32,000 bases of DNA, taken from NCBI RefSeq assembly GCF_000009045.1, contig NC_000964.3, positions 660,001 to 692,000 on the forward strand. Reading direction: 5' to 3'. This document shows, piece by piece, positions 17,911 through 26,961 of this stretch. The stretch is from Bacillus subtilis subsp. subtilis str. 168 (lineage in GTDB: Bacteria; Bacillota; Bacilli; Bacillales; Bacillaceae). The stretch's first letter is position 1. Each line of letters starts with the position of its first letter. The notes beneath the pieces were generated by a model that had not been told where the DNA came from, searched no databases, and worked only from the letters and a program-made list of their open reading frames with translations. Made by a program: the position numbers and the translations under genes.

Positions 17911-18951
17911 TTAGTTAGGTCTAACAAGGATTTTGACTTGGCTTTTCTCTTTAATAAGAGCCCCGAAGCCTTCCTCGATCAAATCATCTAGTACGATTTT
18001 TTTCGTTACGAGTTTGTCGGCTGAGAAATAGCCTTCTTTCATTAATGACAATACAGCCGGGAAGATGTCGCGGTATCCGATAATTCCTTTTACTGTACGT
18101 TCTTTGATTACGATATCGTTCGGATGGATTTCAGCACCTTTTTCCCAAATGCTGACGATGACGGTTTCACCGGCAATTGTAGTGGACTGGATGGCTTGTC
18201 GTAACACCACTGGGACACCAGTGACTTCGAATGCTACGTCAACACCGCCTCCTGTACGTTCTGCAATCTCAGCGACTACATCGTCTGTTTTAGACGGATC
18301 AACGATGATCGCGCCAAGCTCCTCAGCTTTTTGCTGGCGTTCAGGAGAAAGCTCAACAGCGTAAATATCAGTTGCACCGGCAGCCTTCAGCGCTTCAATG
18401 ACAAGAAGTCCGATCGGGCCGCAGCCGAATACAGCCGCTTTGTCGCCTGCTTTGAGTTTGCTTGAGCGGACAGCGTATAGAGCAACTGCAGAAGGTTCAA
18501 CGAGCGCGCCTTGTTCATATGATAATTCATCAGGAAGTTTGAACAAAAGCTCTTCATCCACAGAGACGTATTCAGAGAAACCGCCGCCTCCGCCGGCTAA
18601 GCCGAGGAATCCCATTTGTTCATCAAGGTTGTAGGCGCCTTGGTGGCCGTGTGTAGCAAAAATCGGCTCGACTACAACGCGGTCTCCAACTTTATAATTT
18701 TCAACGCCTTCTCCGACTTCGACAACTTCACCGGAGAATTCATGCCCCATTGTGACAGGTGCCGTTTCATTTGTTAATGGGTGCGGTTTGTCAACCGGAA
18801 TAAAGATCGGGCCGCCCAGATATTCGTGTAAATCACTTCCGCAGATGCCGCACCATTTGACTTTGATCTTTACTTTTCCCGGCTCCGTTTTTGGCTCTTC
18901 GATATGTTCAATACGGATATCCTTTTGGTTATGCCATCTTGCTGCCTTCAT
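17911..18951 (-). CDS. bdhA: (R,R)-butanediol dehydrogenase / acetoin reductase BdhA
   Basis: 346 aa zinc MDR: CGICGSDLHEYLGGPIF, GHEFSGEVVEVGEG, Rossmann AVFGCGPIGLL; ydjL position. Confidence 0.92.
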   Translation of the reverse strand: MKAARWHNQKDIRIEHIEEPKTEPGKVKIKVKWCGICGSDLHEYLGGPIFIPVDKPHPLTNETAPVTMGHEFSGEVVEVGEGVENYKVGDRVVVEPIFATHGHQGAYNLDEQMGFLGLAGGGGGFSEYVSVDEELLFKLPDELSYEQGALVEPSAVALYAVRSSKLKAGDKAAVFGCGPIGLLVIEALKAAGATDIYAVELSPERQQKAEELGAIIVDPSKTDDVVAEIAERTGGGVDVAFEVTGVPVVLRQAIQSTTIAGETVIVSIWEKGAEIHPNDIVIKERTVKGIIGYRDIFPAVLSLMKEGYFSADKLVTKKIVLDDLIEEGFGALIKEKSQVKILVRPN

Positions 18952-19095
18952 GGATTACCACTCCTATAACTTTTGATGTGAGTAATTCCGCACCGGTCAA
19001 TATGAACTGTTCACAAAATCGCCATTTTTAAAACCAAAAAAGAAATGAAATTTTTATATAATATAATCTACGTTTTTTTGAAAAAAAGAAACTTT

Positions 19096-19130
19096 AAAGA
19101 AAAAAGGGTCTCGCACACTCTTTTTTCTTT
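19096..19130. repeat. A/T-rich inverted repeat upstream of bdhA
   Basis: AAAGAAAAAAG ... CTTTTTTCTTT, 11 bp perfect arms and 13 nt loop. Confidence 0.5.
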
Positions 19131-19302
19131 ATATGAGAGTATCAATCGTTTACATAGCTATGAATTTGGTTTGAACAATACGGTAATGGTTCGTTCATAT
19201 TGAATGCGACAACTACTCTATCAATAATTATAACTCTAATACTGCTATTATAATAGGATAATCTTCCATGGTTTATTTTAGCAGAGGTAACTTTTTTGAC
19301 TT

Positions 19303-19319
19303 TGTAACATTACTGTAAG
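19303..19319 (+). promoter_or_regulatory. WalR-like binding site upstream of ydjM
   Basis: TGTAAC-ATTAC-TGTAAG, two hexamers with 5 bp spacing close to TGTWAH-N5-TGTWAH. A TATAAT -10 candidate lies at 19353-19358. Confidence 0.65.
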
Positions 19320-19389
19320 GATATTGAAATAAAAAATAGCTGGTTGATCGTGTATAATCTTCCTAGATGTTAACAAACAGGGGGACGAA

Positions 19390-19761
19390 ATGTTGAAGAA
19401 AGTCATTTTAGCCGCTTTTATCTTAGTAGGAAGTACTTTGGGAGCTTTTAGTTTTTCATCAGATGCCAGTGCGAAACATGTGAACGGAAATATTACTTGG
19501 TATAATGGAGTCGGGAAAAAAGGCTCTTCAGGTAAGAAACTTGGACATTGGGATTGTGCGACCAAAATCGGATTTGATGTTCCTAGAAACGGGACAAAAA
19601 TCAGAGCTTATGCAAAAGCGAAGCCTAAAAAGGTGATTACGGTTTATAAAAATGATGTTGGCAGAATGCCTAATGCAGTGCTGGATGTTAGCCCTAAAGC
19701 GTTTAAAGCGCTTGGATACCCATTAAGCAAAGGTAAAGTAGCGGGGCATTACAGCTATTAA
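19390..19761 (+). CDS. ydjM: YdjM, secreted cell-wall-associated protein
   Basis: 123 aa with signal peptide MLKKVILAAFILVGSTLGAFSFSSDASA; WalR-like site upstream. Confidence 0.88.
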   Translation: MLKKVILAAFILVGSTLGAFSFSSDASAKHVNGNITWYNGVGKKGSSGKKLGHWDCATKIGFDVPRNGTKIRAYAKAKPKKVITVYKNDVGRMPNAVLDVSPKAFKALGYPLSKGKVAGHYSY

Positions 19762-19779
19762 TGTACATATATAATCTGG

Positions 19780-19807
19780 AAAGCAAGAAGTCACATTCTT
19801 GCTTTTT
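19780..19807 (+). terminator. Hairpin between ydjM and ydjN
   Basis: AAGCAAGAA-gtcaca-TTCTTGCTTTTT. Confidence 0.7.
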
Positions 19808-19826
19808 CTATTGGTGGAGATAAAAG

Positions 19827-20873
19827 ATGAAAAAAAGAATCATATTATTATTAGCAGTGATAATAGCGGCAGCTGCCGCGGGGGTTGCGTTTTATGTTGC
19901 AAAGGATAAAGGCCATGAGAAGGCTGCTGATGTTTCAGTCAATACCGAAAGCGGTGATGAGCTGCTGGTTTCAATTACAGATACGGATCTGCTGACAAAG
20001 TATTATGAAAATGACAAGGTGATCCATGAGGAGAAGCTGACCAGCTATCCGGCATTTGCCTTGGATCAAAAACAGCAGGTGCTCTATTATACGGGCAATA
20101 ATGAACAGAATGAAATGAGGCTTTTTAAATTGGATCTGAAGTCTCATAAAAAAACGATGCTTTATAAAGGCGCGGAGAGTGCGGACAGTTTATTTTTATC
20201 AAAGGACCGTTCAACCATCTATTTCCGCTTAGGAAAAGCGGACGAAAGCAATTTTCGAATCGCCGCTTTTGATCTGAAGACGAAAAAGTATAAAAATCTT
20301 TATCCTGCCGCTAATGATCAGGATGACACCGTCAGCAGCTTCTTTTATAACCAAAAAAACGATTCATTTGCATTGCTTCATTATTCTGTAGAAGAAGACT
20401 ACAAGAAAACAGATGAAGCAAACGAAAAGGGCATCGACCCTGAACCGACAACGATTCATTTTGCGGAAGGCCGCCAAAATAAATTTAATGAGCTGAAAAG
20501 CCTGAACCAATTTATCAGCGATATTGCTGTTTCTGATGATGATAAACGTATTTTATTCACATCATATACGCAAAAAGGAACGGAGCAAACCGCTTCTATT
20601 CAAATGCTCAATGCGGATACGAAAAAATATGAAAGCATCATCTCAAATCAAAAATCATTTAAGCTGTTAATTGACGCACAGCCTCAGTTTTCTAAGGATG
20701 GGAAGAACATTTATTTTCTTGCCGAAGCCAAGGGGGCTAAAAAGCTGAAGGACGAAACAGGGCGTGAAGCTAAGGTGCGGACGATTTATTCCTATAGCCT
20801 TGAGAATAAGACCTTCAAAAAAGTATGGGAAAATCCGAACGGCATCATCAACAGCTTTTTTGTGATTAACTAA
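19827..20873 (+). CDS. ydjN: YdjN, membrane-anchored hypothetical protein
   Basis: 348 aa, N-terminal TM segment, beta-propeller-like repeats (DQKQQVLYYTGN, SKDRSTIYFRL, SDDDKRILFTSY, SKDGKNIYFLAE). Confidence 0.85.
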   Translation: MKKRIILLLAVIIAAAAAGVAFYVAKDKGHEKAADVSVNTESGDELLVSITDTDLLTKYYENDKVIHEEKLTSYPAFALDQKQQVLYYTGNNEQNEMRLFKLDLKSHKKTMLYKGAESADSLFLSKDRSTIYFRLGKADESNFRIAAFDLKTKKYKNLYPAANDQDDTVSSFFYNQKNDSFALLHYSVEEDYKKTDEANEKGIDPEPTTIHFAEGRQNKFNELKSLNQFISDIAVSDDDKRILFTSYTQKGTEQTASIQMLNADTKKYESIISNQKSFKLLIDAQPQFSKDGKNIYFLAEAKGAKKLKDETGREAKVRTIYSYSLENKTFKKVWENPNGIINSFFVIN

Positions 20874-20879
20874 TAAAAA

Positions 20880-20908
20880 CCACTCGGCATGAGCTGAGTG
20901 GCTTTTTT
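20880..20908 (+). terminator. ydjN terminator
   Basis: CCACTC-ggcatgagct-GAGTGG-CTTTTTT. Confidence 0.75.
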
Positions 20909-21065
20909 AATGGATGAGGTGCAGGGCTAATGATCCGAGCCATTTAAAGATATGAATCAGAGGTACCGACAAAAACAGAAGTTCAACATATGAGTTCATT
21001 GCAACATTCAGCTTTTTGAACGCAGCTCTTTTTTTCAAGTCTTTTTGCTGCTGGTTTGAGATCAC
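20907..21065 (-). CDS. Small ORF (52 aa), hypothetical, possibly membrane-associated
   Basis: Manual reading: (GTG)MISNQQQKDLKKRAAFKKLNVAMNSYVELLFLSVPLIHIFKWLGSLALHLIH*. RBS AAGAGGAG 7-8 nt before GTG; extended -10 TGGTATAAT just upstream. Not in the supplied ORF track. Confidence 0.65.
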   Translation of the reverse strand: MISNQQQKDLKKRAAFKKLNVAMNSYVELLFLSVPLIHIFKWLGSLALHLIH

Positions 21066-21112
21066 GTTATCACTCCTCTTATATCCATATTATACCATTA
21101 AAACAGACAAAA

Positions 21113-21143
21113 AAGCCCTAAACGTTTACAGTTTTGGGCTTCT
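21113..21143 (-). terminator. Terminator after ydjO (minus strand)
   Basis: Minus strand: AAGCCC-aaaactgtaaacgttta-GGGCTTTTTTG. Confidence 0.6.
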
Positions 21144-21254
21144 TTCTTCGTATTTGGCCTCTTGCAATGAGAGGCTTTTATTCTGAAATATAGAATTTTG
21201 TCTCCGTTCGGGGTTTGTTTGCTTGCGGGAGACTGCATTTGTTATAGGGAAGAA

Positions 21255-21464
21255 CTAGCTTGTTTTCGTTTGGCTGTTGTTTTGGAGATTCACTAATGAA
21301 CGGATGCCGTCGACCATTTTACTTCCGCACAAAGGGCACAATGGCGTATCACTGCTGGCGAAGTTTTTTCGGGTCCAGCCATTACAGTCTTCTTTTGTGC
21401 ATTCCCAAGTACTCACATCTTCCTTTGGCAGCGGTTCTTGATTTCGTTTGTTATAGTAAGACAT
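21255..21464 (-). CDS. ydjO: YdjO, small cysteine-rich (zinc-ribbon-like) protein
   Basis: 69 aa from MSYYNKRNQEP; CTKEDC...CPLCGSKM. The track ORF (to 21500) is over-extended by 12 codons. Confidence 0.85.
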   Translation of the reverse strand: MSYYNKRNQEPLPKEDVSTWECTKEDCNGWTRKNFASSDTPLCPLCGSKMVDGIRSLVNLQNNSQTKTS

Positions 21465-21546
21465 AAAGTCACTTCTTCCCTCATGTATTTTACTGCACAT
21501 TTCCTATTGTCTCATACTTTTCCCTAATCTCCTAATTCCTTTTTCT

Positions 21547-22362
21547 TTATGACTTTCCAATAACCCCATCTAAAAAGGAGAGGAGTGTGCTGTTAAAAGC
21601 ATCTGGCTCTTCTAAAAACGGGCAATGGCTGCTTTTAGGAAAGGTAACGAGTGTCGCGTTTGGAATATTGCTGCGCAAGTGTTCCCCAGCTGCTGTAGAG
21701 AAAAATTTCTTGTCTTCCCCGAAGCACAGCAATGCCGGCACATTGATGTTTTGGAGGGTGCCCCGGTAATCAGCGGCCGTTTGGTTAAATAAAATCGTGC
21801 TAGAAATGGCAGCCGGCTGTTTGAGGATTTCTGCCAGCATCCATTCTGTTTCGGTCTCGGCAGGCGGTTCTGCGAACATATTCTGGATGAAGCTTTCGTA
21901 GAAAGGCAGCGGGTCAGTTTGAATGGCGTGCATCGCTGTTTTTAAGCCGTCAAAATCAAATGGACCATGTTCCCAGCCCTCCCATTGATAGTCCGAAGCG
22001 GATTGATCGATGATCACAGCGGCTTGAATGTTATCATTCCCAAACTGATTGAGATAATCCCATACGACAAAAGCACCCATTGACCAGCCGGCAAGAACGA
22101 CATGATCAAGCTCCATTGCATTTAGAAATTCCCTTATGTCACGGGCATATTGGGAAATGGTGTGGCCGTGAAGCACTTTGTCAGATTCGCCGTGTCCTCT
22201 AAGATCAAGACGAATACATTGATAATTGGCAGAAAGCACCGAAAATTGTTTGTGGAAAAATTGTCCGCTCATCAGCACCCCATGTATAAACAGGATCGGC
22301 GTCCCGCTCCCGTGTGTTTCATAGTAAAGGCGTGTCTGATCTTCTAATATGATGTATGGCAT
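21547..22362 (-). CDS. ydjP: YdjP, alpha/beta hydrolase
   Basis: 271 aa; [24 protein letters not shown], nucleophile elbow GWSMGAF, C-terminal [10 protein letters not shown]; AGGAGGAG RBS. Confidence 0.9.
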
Positions 22363-22374
22363 GTTTCTCCTCCT

Positions 22375-23364
22375 TTAGTTTCCATCATGAGTATGGCTGG
22401 CTGCTGTTGAGCTGATGATGGCAGCTGTCGCGGCTGCCTGCTGCGCTTGAATGACTGTTTCGATAGCGGTGTATAGTCCTGATTCCATCAGCAGATTTTT
22501 CTCCATATGCTCACTGAGATAGAGGCTGACAGCAATTTTAAAGTTCATTTCCTTTTGCCATTTAAAAGCTTTTTCCTGGTTTAATTCGTCAGTGATGCAC
22601 AAAACGGTTTTGATATCTGGCTCTTCCAGAAATGTGAGGAGAGCAAGGTCTGGATAATGATAATCCTTTGTTTTTTTGACAGATTCAGTGATCGATTGAT
22701 ATATCTGTTTGCAAGCGGAAACAAGCATTTCGGGCTCTTTTTCACTTTGCAAGGCCAGAATATGGCTGACCTGATGTAAGTACTGTCCTTTTTTAAAGCC
22801 GTTGGCTGCCAGCAGTTGATAGCATGTTTCCGCCTTCTGTAGCGCCTGCAAACCTTTTCCGTTTTCTCCAAGCAGTACGGCAAGCGGAACATTCTGAGTT
22901 GAAGTGAGGAAATAATGATTTTTCTTCATCTGCTGATAAACAGCTAGCCCCATGTTCATCTGTTCTTTTTGGTTTGTCGTTTCAGATTTGCCGGTGAGCA
23001 AGATCAGAGCGGAAAGGTATGTGAACATATCCCGCTTATACCCTAGCTTCACCATTTCATTGTATACATCGATGAAAGTCTGAAATGTTTGTTTTGCCTC
23101 ATGCTGAAAATGAATGTCCAGAATAGATGCAACAGTAAAGCGGTGGTGTGAATTGAGTGTTGAGAAGCTGCCGATGTTTGATTTGATATAGCTGCTCAAA
23201 TCATAAAAGCGCTGAAAATCAAACTCTCTTTTATTCACAATATATGCAGAAGAAATGAGCATTAATATCTGATCGTGTGAAACTTTCCATTTTAATTTTG
23301 TTTTTAATTCAGCATAAATGGAAATGTAATGCTTTGTTTTTTCATGTAGATCGTGTGTGAGCAT
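22375..23364 (-). CDS. yeaA: YeaA, DUF4003-like hypothetical protein
   Basis: 329 aa ORF with AAAGGAG RBS, 12 nt upstream of ydjP. Confidence 0.8.
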   Translation of the reverse strand: MLTHDLHEKTKHYISIYAELKTKLKWKVSHDQILMLISSAYIVNKREFDFQRFYDLSSYIKSNIGSFSTLNSHHRFTVASILDIHFQHEAKQTFQTFIDVYNEMVKLGYKRDMFTYLSALILLTGKSETTNQKEQMNMGLAVYQQMKKNHYFLTSTQNVPLAVLLGENGKGLQALQKAETCYQLLAANGFKKGQYLHQVSHILALQSEKEPEMLVSACKQIYQSITESVKKTKDYHYPDLALLTFLEEPDIKTVLCITDELNQEKAFKWQKEMNFKIAVSLYLSEHMEKNLLMESGLYTAIETVIQAQQAAATAAIISSTAASHTHDGN

Positions 23365-23396
23365 AAAAAGCAGCTCCTTTTGTTGTTTTTACGTAA

Positions 23397-23422
23397 TACG
23401 ATAAATAGGGCCAAAGGTTTCA
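23397..23422 (-). promoter_or_regulatory. SigW promoter of the yeaA-ydjP(-ydjO) unit
   Basis: Minus strand TGAAAC-CTTTGGCCCTATTTAT-CGTA: exact match to TGAAAC-N16-CGTA. Confidence 0.85.
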
Positions 23423-23430
23423 TAAAGAAA

Positions 23431-23455
23431 AAACTTGCCTGCTAGAGGCAAGTTT
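23431..23455 (-). terminator. cotA terminator
   Basis: Minus strand AAACTTGCCT-ctagc-AGGCAAGTTT-TTTC. Confidence 0.8.
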
Positions 23456-23461
23456 GTCGGG

Positions 23462-25003
23462 TTATTTATGGGGATCAGTTATATCCATCGGTCTCATCAT
23501 GTCATAGTCTTCATGCTCTAGAATATGGCAATGCCATACGTATCGTCCGCTGTACGGACCGAATGTCGCCGCGATTCTCAGGACTTCACCTGCATGCGCT
23601 TGAATGGTGTCTTTCCAGCCCTTTTCACTTGGCGGCGGCGGGACAGCCGGACCGGTATAGGACAATTCCCCGCTTTCTTGATAACGGGCGATATCAAACG
23701 GCCGCCGGTCTAATACACGGAAGGAGACTAGATGCAGGTGGATCGGATGTGTTCCGCGTGTCGGGTTGATAATGGACCATATTTCAGTTGTGCCGACTTT
23801 TGGTGTTTCTGTGACGGGATCGTGCCAGCGTTTGTTATTAAGCAGAAGGACGGGTCTGCCGTATTCGTCCTGGGTGCCTGCCAGTTTTAACGTTCTGATG
23901 TTTTGTATTCTTTCATGCTGTACCGAAGGGTATGAGGCGAGGTACTTCGGCTTTCTGCTTTCGTCTTTTTGTGCCAATGGTTTTGTGACTCTGAATTGCA
24001 TGATATTCGCATCTGTTTCAGGATTGACGTCACCGCCGCAGCCCGCGCTGTTTGCCAAAATGATCGATTCTCCTTCATATGCTGTGAAGTCAATGATGAT
24101 ATCGTAACGTTCAGCAGGCGCAAGGCTGAAAGAATTCAGTTTAACAGATCGCGGCAGGAGCCCTCCATCTGAACCAATCTGAATAAAATCTCCGCCATTA
24201 TCGAGTGACAGGTTATAGGTTCTTGTATTGGAGGCGTTGATGACACGGAATCGGTATTTCCTTGGCTCGACTTCCAAGTATGGCCATACCTTCCCGTTGA
24301 CGAGTATGGTTTCTCCGCAAAAAGCCGGAACGATTGAAGGATTAGGCAGTGACGGAGAAGGGTTTTCCGGTGCGCTCGGATAAAACAAAGAACCATCCTC
24401 ATTGATCGTGCGGTCTGTGATAAGAAGCGGCACATCGTATTCGTCTGAAGGCAGTTTTAAGCGTTTTTCCTTTGGGTCATGAATGATATATGCACCGACA
24501 AGTCCGGCATAGACATTTAGCCTGGTGAGCGCCATGGCGTGATCGTGATACCACAATATAGCCCCGCGCTGCTGGTTTGGATAATGATAAACCTCTCTTT
24601 TGAAATAAGGTCCTGTTTGTTCAAAGTCTTTGGAAAACCAAGCCTCCGGATACCCGTCACTATCATCTGGCGTGACGCCGCCGTGTAAATGAACAACAGT
24701 CTTTACCTCGGGCTCTTCATGCTGGCTGTCACTGTGATGAATGGTGTGATCAATCGGAAGGAAATGCGTGGAAGGAAGGTTATTCATCCATTTTACATAT
24801 ACGTTTTCATTTCTTTTAACCTCAATGGTCGGTCCCGGAAATAAGCCGTTGTAGCCCCACAGGCGGGTTGGAGGGAGATCGCGATGGAGCTGATGAGTGC
24901 ATTCCTCCATGGTGACTTCGTAGTATGTTTTTTCTTTTGATTGCTGTACTGGCTTTAGTGTATCTGGGATTGGGAGAGCATCCACAAATTTTTCAAGTGT
25001 CAT
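23462..25003 (-). CDS. cotA: Spore coat laccase (bilirubin oxidase) CotA
   Basis: 513 aa from MTLEKFVDALPIPD; multicopper motifs HLHGG, HDHAMALTRLNVYAG, THPIHLHLVSF, HCHILEHEDYDMMRPM. Confidence 0.96.
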   Translation of the reverse strand: MTLEKFVDALPIPDTLKPVQQSKEKTYYEVTMEECTHQLHRDLPPTRLWGYNGLFPGPTIEVKRNENVYVKWMNNLPSTHFLPIDHTIHHSDSQHEEPEVKTVVHLHGGVTPDDSDGYPEAWFSKDFEQTGPYFKREVYHYPNQQRGAILWYHDHAMALTRLNVYAGLVGAYIIHDPKEKRLKLPSDEYDVPLLITDRTINEDGSLFYPSAPENPSPSLPNPSIVPAFCGETILVNGKVWPYLEVEPRKYRFRVINASNTRTYNLSLDNGGDFIQIGSDGGLLPRSVKLNSFSLAPAERYDIIIDFTAYEGESIILANSAGCGGDVNPETDANIMQFRVTKPLAQKDESRKPKYLASYPSVQHERIQNIRTLKLAGTQDEYGRPVLLLNNKRWHDPVTETPKVGTTEIWSIINPTRGTHPIHLHLVSFRVLDRRPFDIARYQESGELSYTGPAVPPPPSEKGWKDTIQAHAGEVLRIAATFGPYSGRYVWHCHILEHEDYDMMRPMDITDPHK

Positions 25004-25115
25004 TTTCATCTGTCCTTATCTAAATTTTCCAAATTGGTACTATAGTTAATGACAATAAGGACGTGATGGTTACAAAAAATCTTCGTGCTGCAGCCCGCCC
25101 GAAGAAGAAAATAAC

Positions 25116-25147
25116 AAAATCCTAAACGGCAGGCCGTTTAGGATTTG
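25116..25147. terminator. Terminator between cotA promoter region and gabP 3' end
   Basis: AAAATCCTAAACGGC-ag-GCCGTTTAGGATTTT. Confidence 0.85.
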
Positions 25148-25154
25148 ATCAGCA

Positions 25155-26564
25155 TTAAGGCAGGATATCGGGTTGCTGCTGTGTGACTGGGTTGGCAGCC
25201 GCTTTCTCGCTCACCTTGCGTTTTCTGAACACAAGGTAAGAAATCAGAACGATTCCCGTGATGACGCCTGTCAGCAGCAGCTCGTCTCTCATGGAATCAA
25301 TAAACGCCATGGACACTAAAATTCCGCAAATGGCGATGATGGTCAAGTAGGTTAGGAAAGGGAAGAGCCACATTTTGATCTTCAATGCTTCTGGGTTTGT
25401 TTTTTCGAGTTTTTTCCGCATTTTCAGCTGGGAAACGGCGATGACAAGATAGACGAGTAAAGCGATTGCGCCTGATGAGTTGACTAAGAATAAAAAGACG
25501 GTATCCGGTGAAAAATAGTTCATTACGACCGCGATATAAGAGAAAAATGTCCCGGCCACAATGGCTTGTACGGGAACGCCTTTTTTGCTCAATTTCATAA
25601 AACGGCGCGGCGCTTCATTTCTTTCTGCAAGTGAATACAGCATTCTGGATGTGGTATACAAACCTGAATTCAGGCAAGAGAGTACGGCTGTGAGGACGAT
25701 AAAGTTCATAATCTGTGCGGCTGCGGGCACTCCTATATGCTCAAGTACAGCGACGAAAGGGCTTTCTAAAATATTTGCTGAATTCCATGGCAACAGCGCC
25801 ACGACAATGGCGATTGAGCCCACGTAAAAGACGATGATGCGCCATACAACGGATCTGGTGGCTTTTGTCACAGATTCGATCGGGTTGGATGTTTCCCCTG
25901 CTGCAATGGCAACGATTTCAGTTCCCATAAAAGAGAAGATGACAACGACAATGCCGAGCAATACGGAGCTGATGCCCTCCGGGAAAAATCCGCCTTTGCC
26001 TGTAAGATTCGAAAAACCGACTGGCTCACTGCCCGGTGCAAAGCCAAAAATAAAGGCAAAACCAACGATTAGAAAAGCAATGATAGTCACAACTTTAATG
26101 AGGGAGAACCAATATTCAAACTCACCGAAAGACTTAACGGAGTAGACGTTTGTCAGGGTGAGCACAATGGTCAAGATCAAACTTGTCAGCCACAGCGGAA
26201 TATCATGGAACCAGTATTGAATAATGCCAGCACCGGCAATGGCTTCGATCGCTATGACGATCACCCAGAAAAACCAGTACAGCCAGCCGATTGTAAATCC
26301 TGCCCACGGTCCGATGGCGTCGTGAGCGTATTGAGAAAACGATCCGCTCGTCGGGTTTACGGCAGACATCTCACCGAGCATTCTCATAATAAAAATCACC
26401 AATAATCCGGCTAACGCGTAAGAAACAACGGCACCCGGACCGGTCGAGTGAATCACTGAACCGCTGCCTACAAATAGGCCGGCTCCGATTACACCGGCAA
26501 TCGAAATCATTGTCATATGGCGGGTCTTTAATTCCTTTTTTAATCCTGATTGAGACTGGTTCAT
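25155..26564 (-). CDS. gabP: GABA permease GabP (amino acid permease family)
   Basis: 469 aa APC permease: GVIGAGLFVGSG, GPGAVVSYALAGLLVIFIMRMLGEM; AAAGGAGGT RBS. Confidence 0.9.
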   Translation of the reverse strand: MNQSQSGLKKELKTRHMTMISIAGVIGAGLFVGSGSVIHSTGPGAVVSYALAGLLVIFIMRMLGEMSAVNPTSGSFSQYAHDAIGPWAGFTIGWLYWFFWVIVIAIEAIAGAGIIQYWFHDIPLWLTSLILTIVLTLTNVYSVKSFGEFEYWFSLIKVVTIIAFLIVGFAFIFGFAPGSEPVGFSNLTGKGGFFPEGISSVLLGIVVVIFSFMGTEIVAIAAGETSNPIESVTKATRSVVWRIIVFYVGSIAIVVALLPWNSANILESPFVAVLEHIGVPAAAQIMNFIVLTAVLSCLNSGLYTTSRMLYSLAERNEAPRRFMKLSKKGVPVQAIVAGTFFSYIAVVMNYFSPDTVFLFLVNSSGAIALLVYLVIAVSQLKMRKKLEKTNPEALKIKMWLFPFLTYLTIIAICGILVSMAFIDSMRDELLLTGVITGIVLISYLVFRKRKVSEKAAANPVTQQQPDILP

Positions 26565-26650
26565 AAGTTACCTCCTTTTAAAATGCAATCATTACTGAAT
26601 ATTATGATAATTGAAACTCTATCATAAATATACAGTTTGTCGAAAATTCG

Positions 26651-26667
26651 TGTAAGAAAATATACCA
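26651..26667 (-). promoter_or_regulatory. TnrA-box-like site upstream of gabP
   Basis: Minus strand TGGTATATTTTCTTACA matches TGTNANAWWWTNTNACA at all but one position. TnrA control of gabP is established. Confidence 0.7.
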
Positions 26668-26961
26668 GCTTATTTCAAATTTGTAGTGTTTTGTTTGCGC
26701 TTTCAGCGAATGTGTGGAAAAAATGTTTCGTTTTTTATTCGCTGTGTGATTTTGCGTAATATTTACAATTCGATAGAATGCGAGAAGCACTGGTGTCCTT
26801 GGGTTTGATGGGATTTTTGGCGGAGCAAATAAATTGGATGAGAGAAAAAGTGTTCCTTCGTCACTATTTTTCTGTGGCGGGTGAATCATGTTTCTGTAGA
26901 CCCACTGCGGATCAGCTTTGTAAGATAATAATAGGAAAATGTGAGCGAGAGGAGGTTTTGT

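Noticed and set aside
18998-19022. Rex-like palindrome (minus strand TTGTGAACAGTTCATATT) upstream of bdhA
   Set aside because: Half-site spacing is one base short and the second half-site is degenerate, so it is not strong enough to call.
19278-19565. 95 aa minus-strand ORF across the ydjM promoter and signal peptide
   Set aside because: Antisense to ydjM and its WalR site, with no RBS support.
23525-24435. Several 60-113 aa plus/minus ORFs inside cotA
   Set aside because: Shadow ORFs of the clear cotA coding sequence, without start signals.
25561-26405. ORFs opposite gabP, including 103 aa 25834..26145
   Set aside because: Antisense shadows of a well-supported permease gene.
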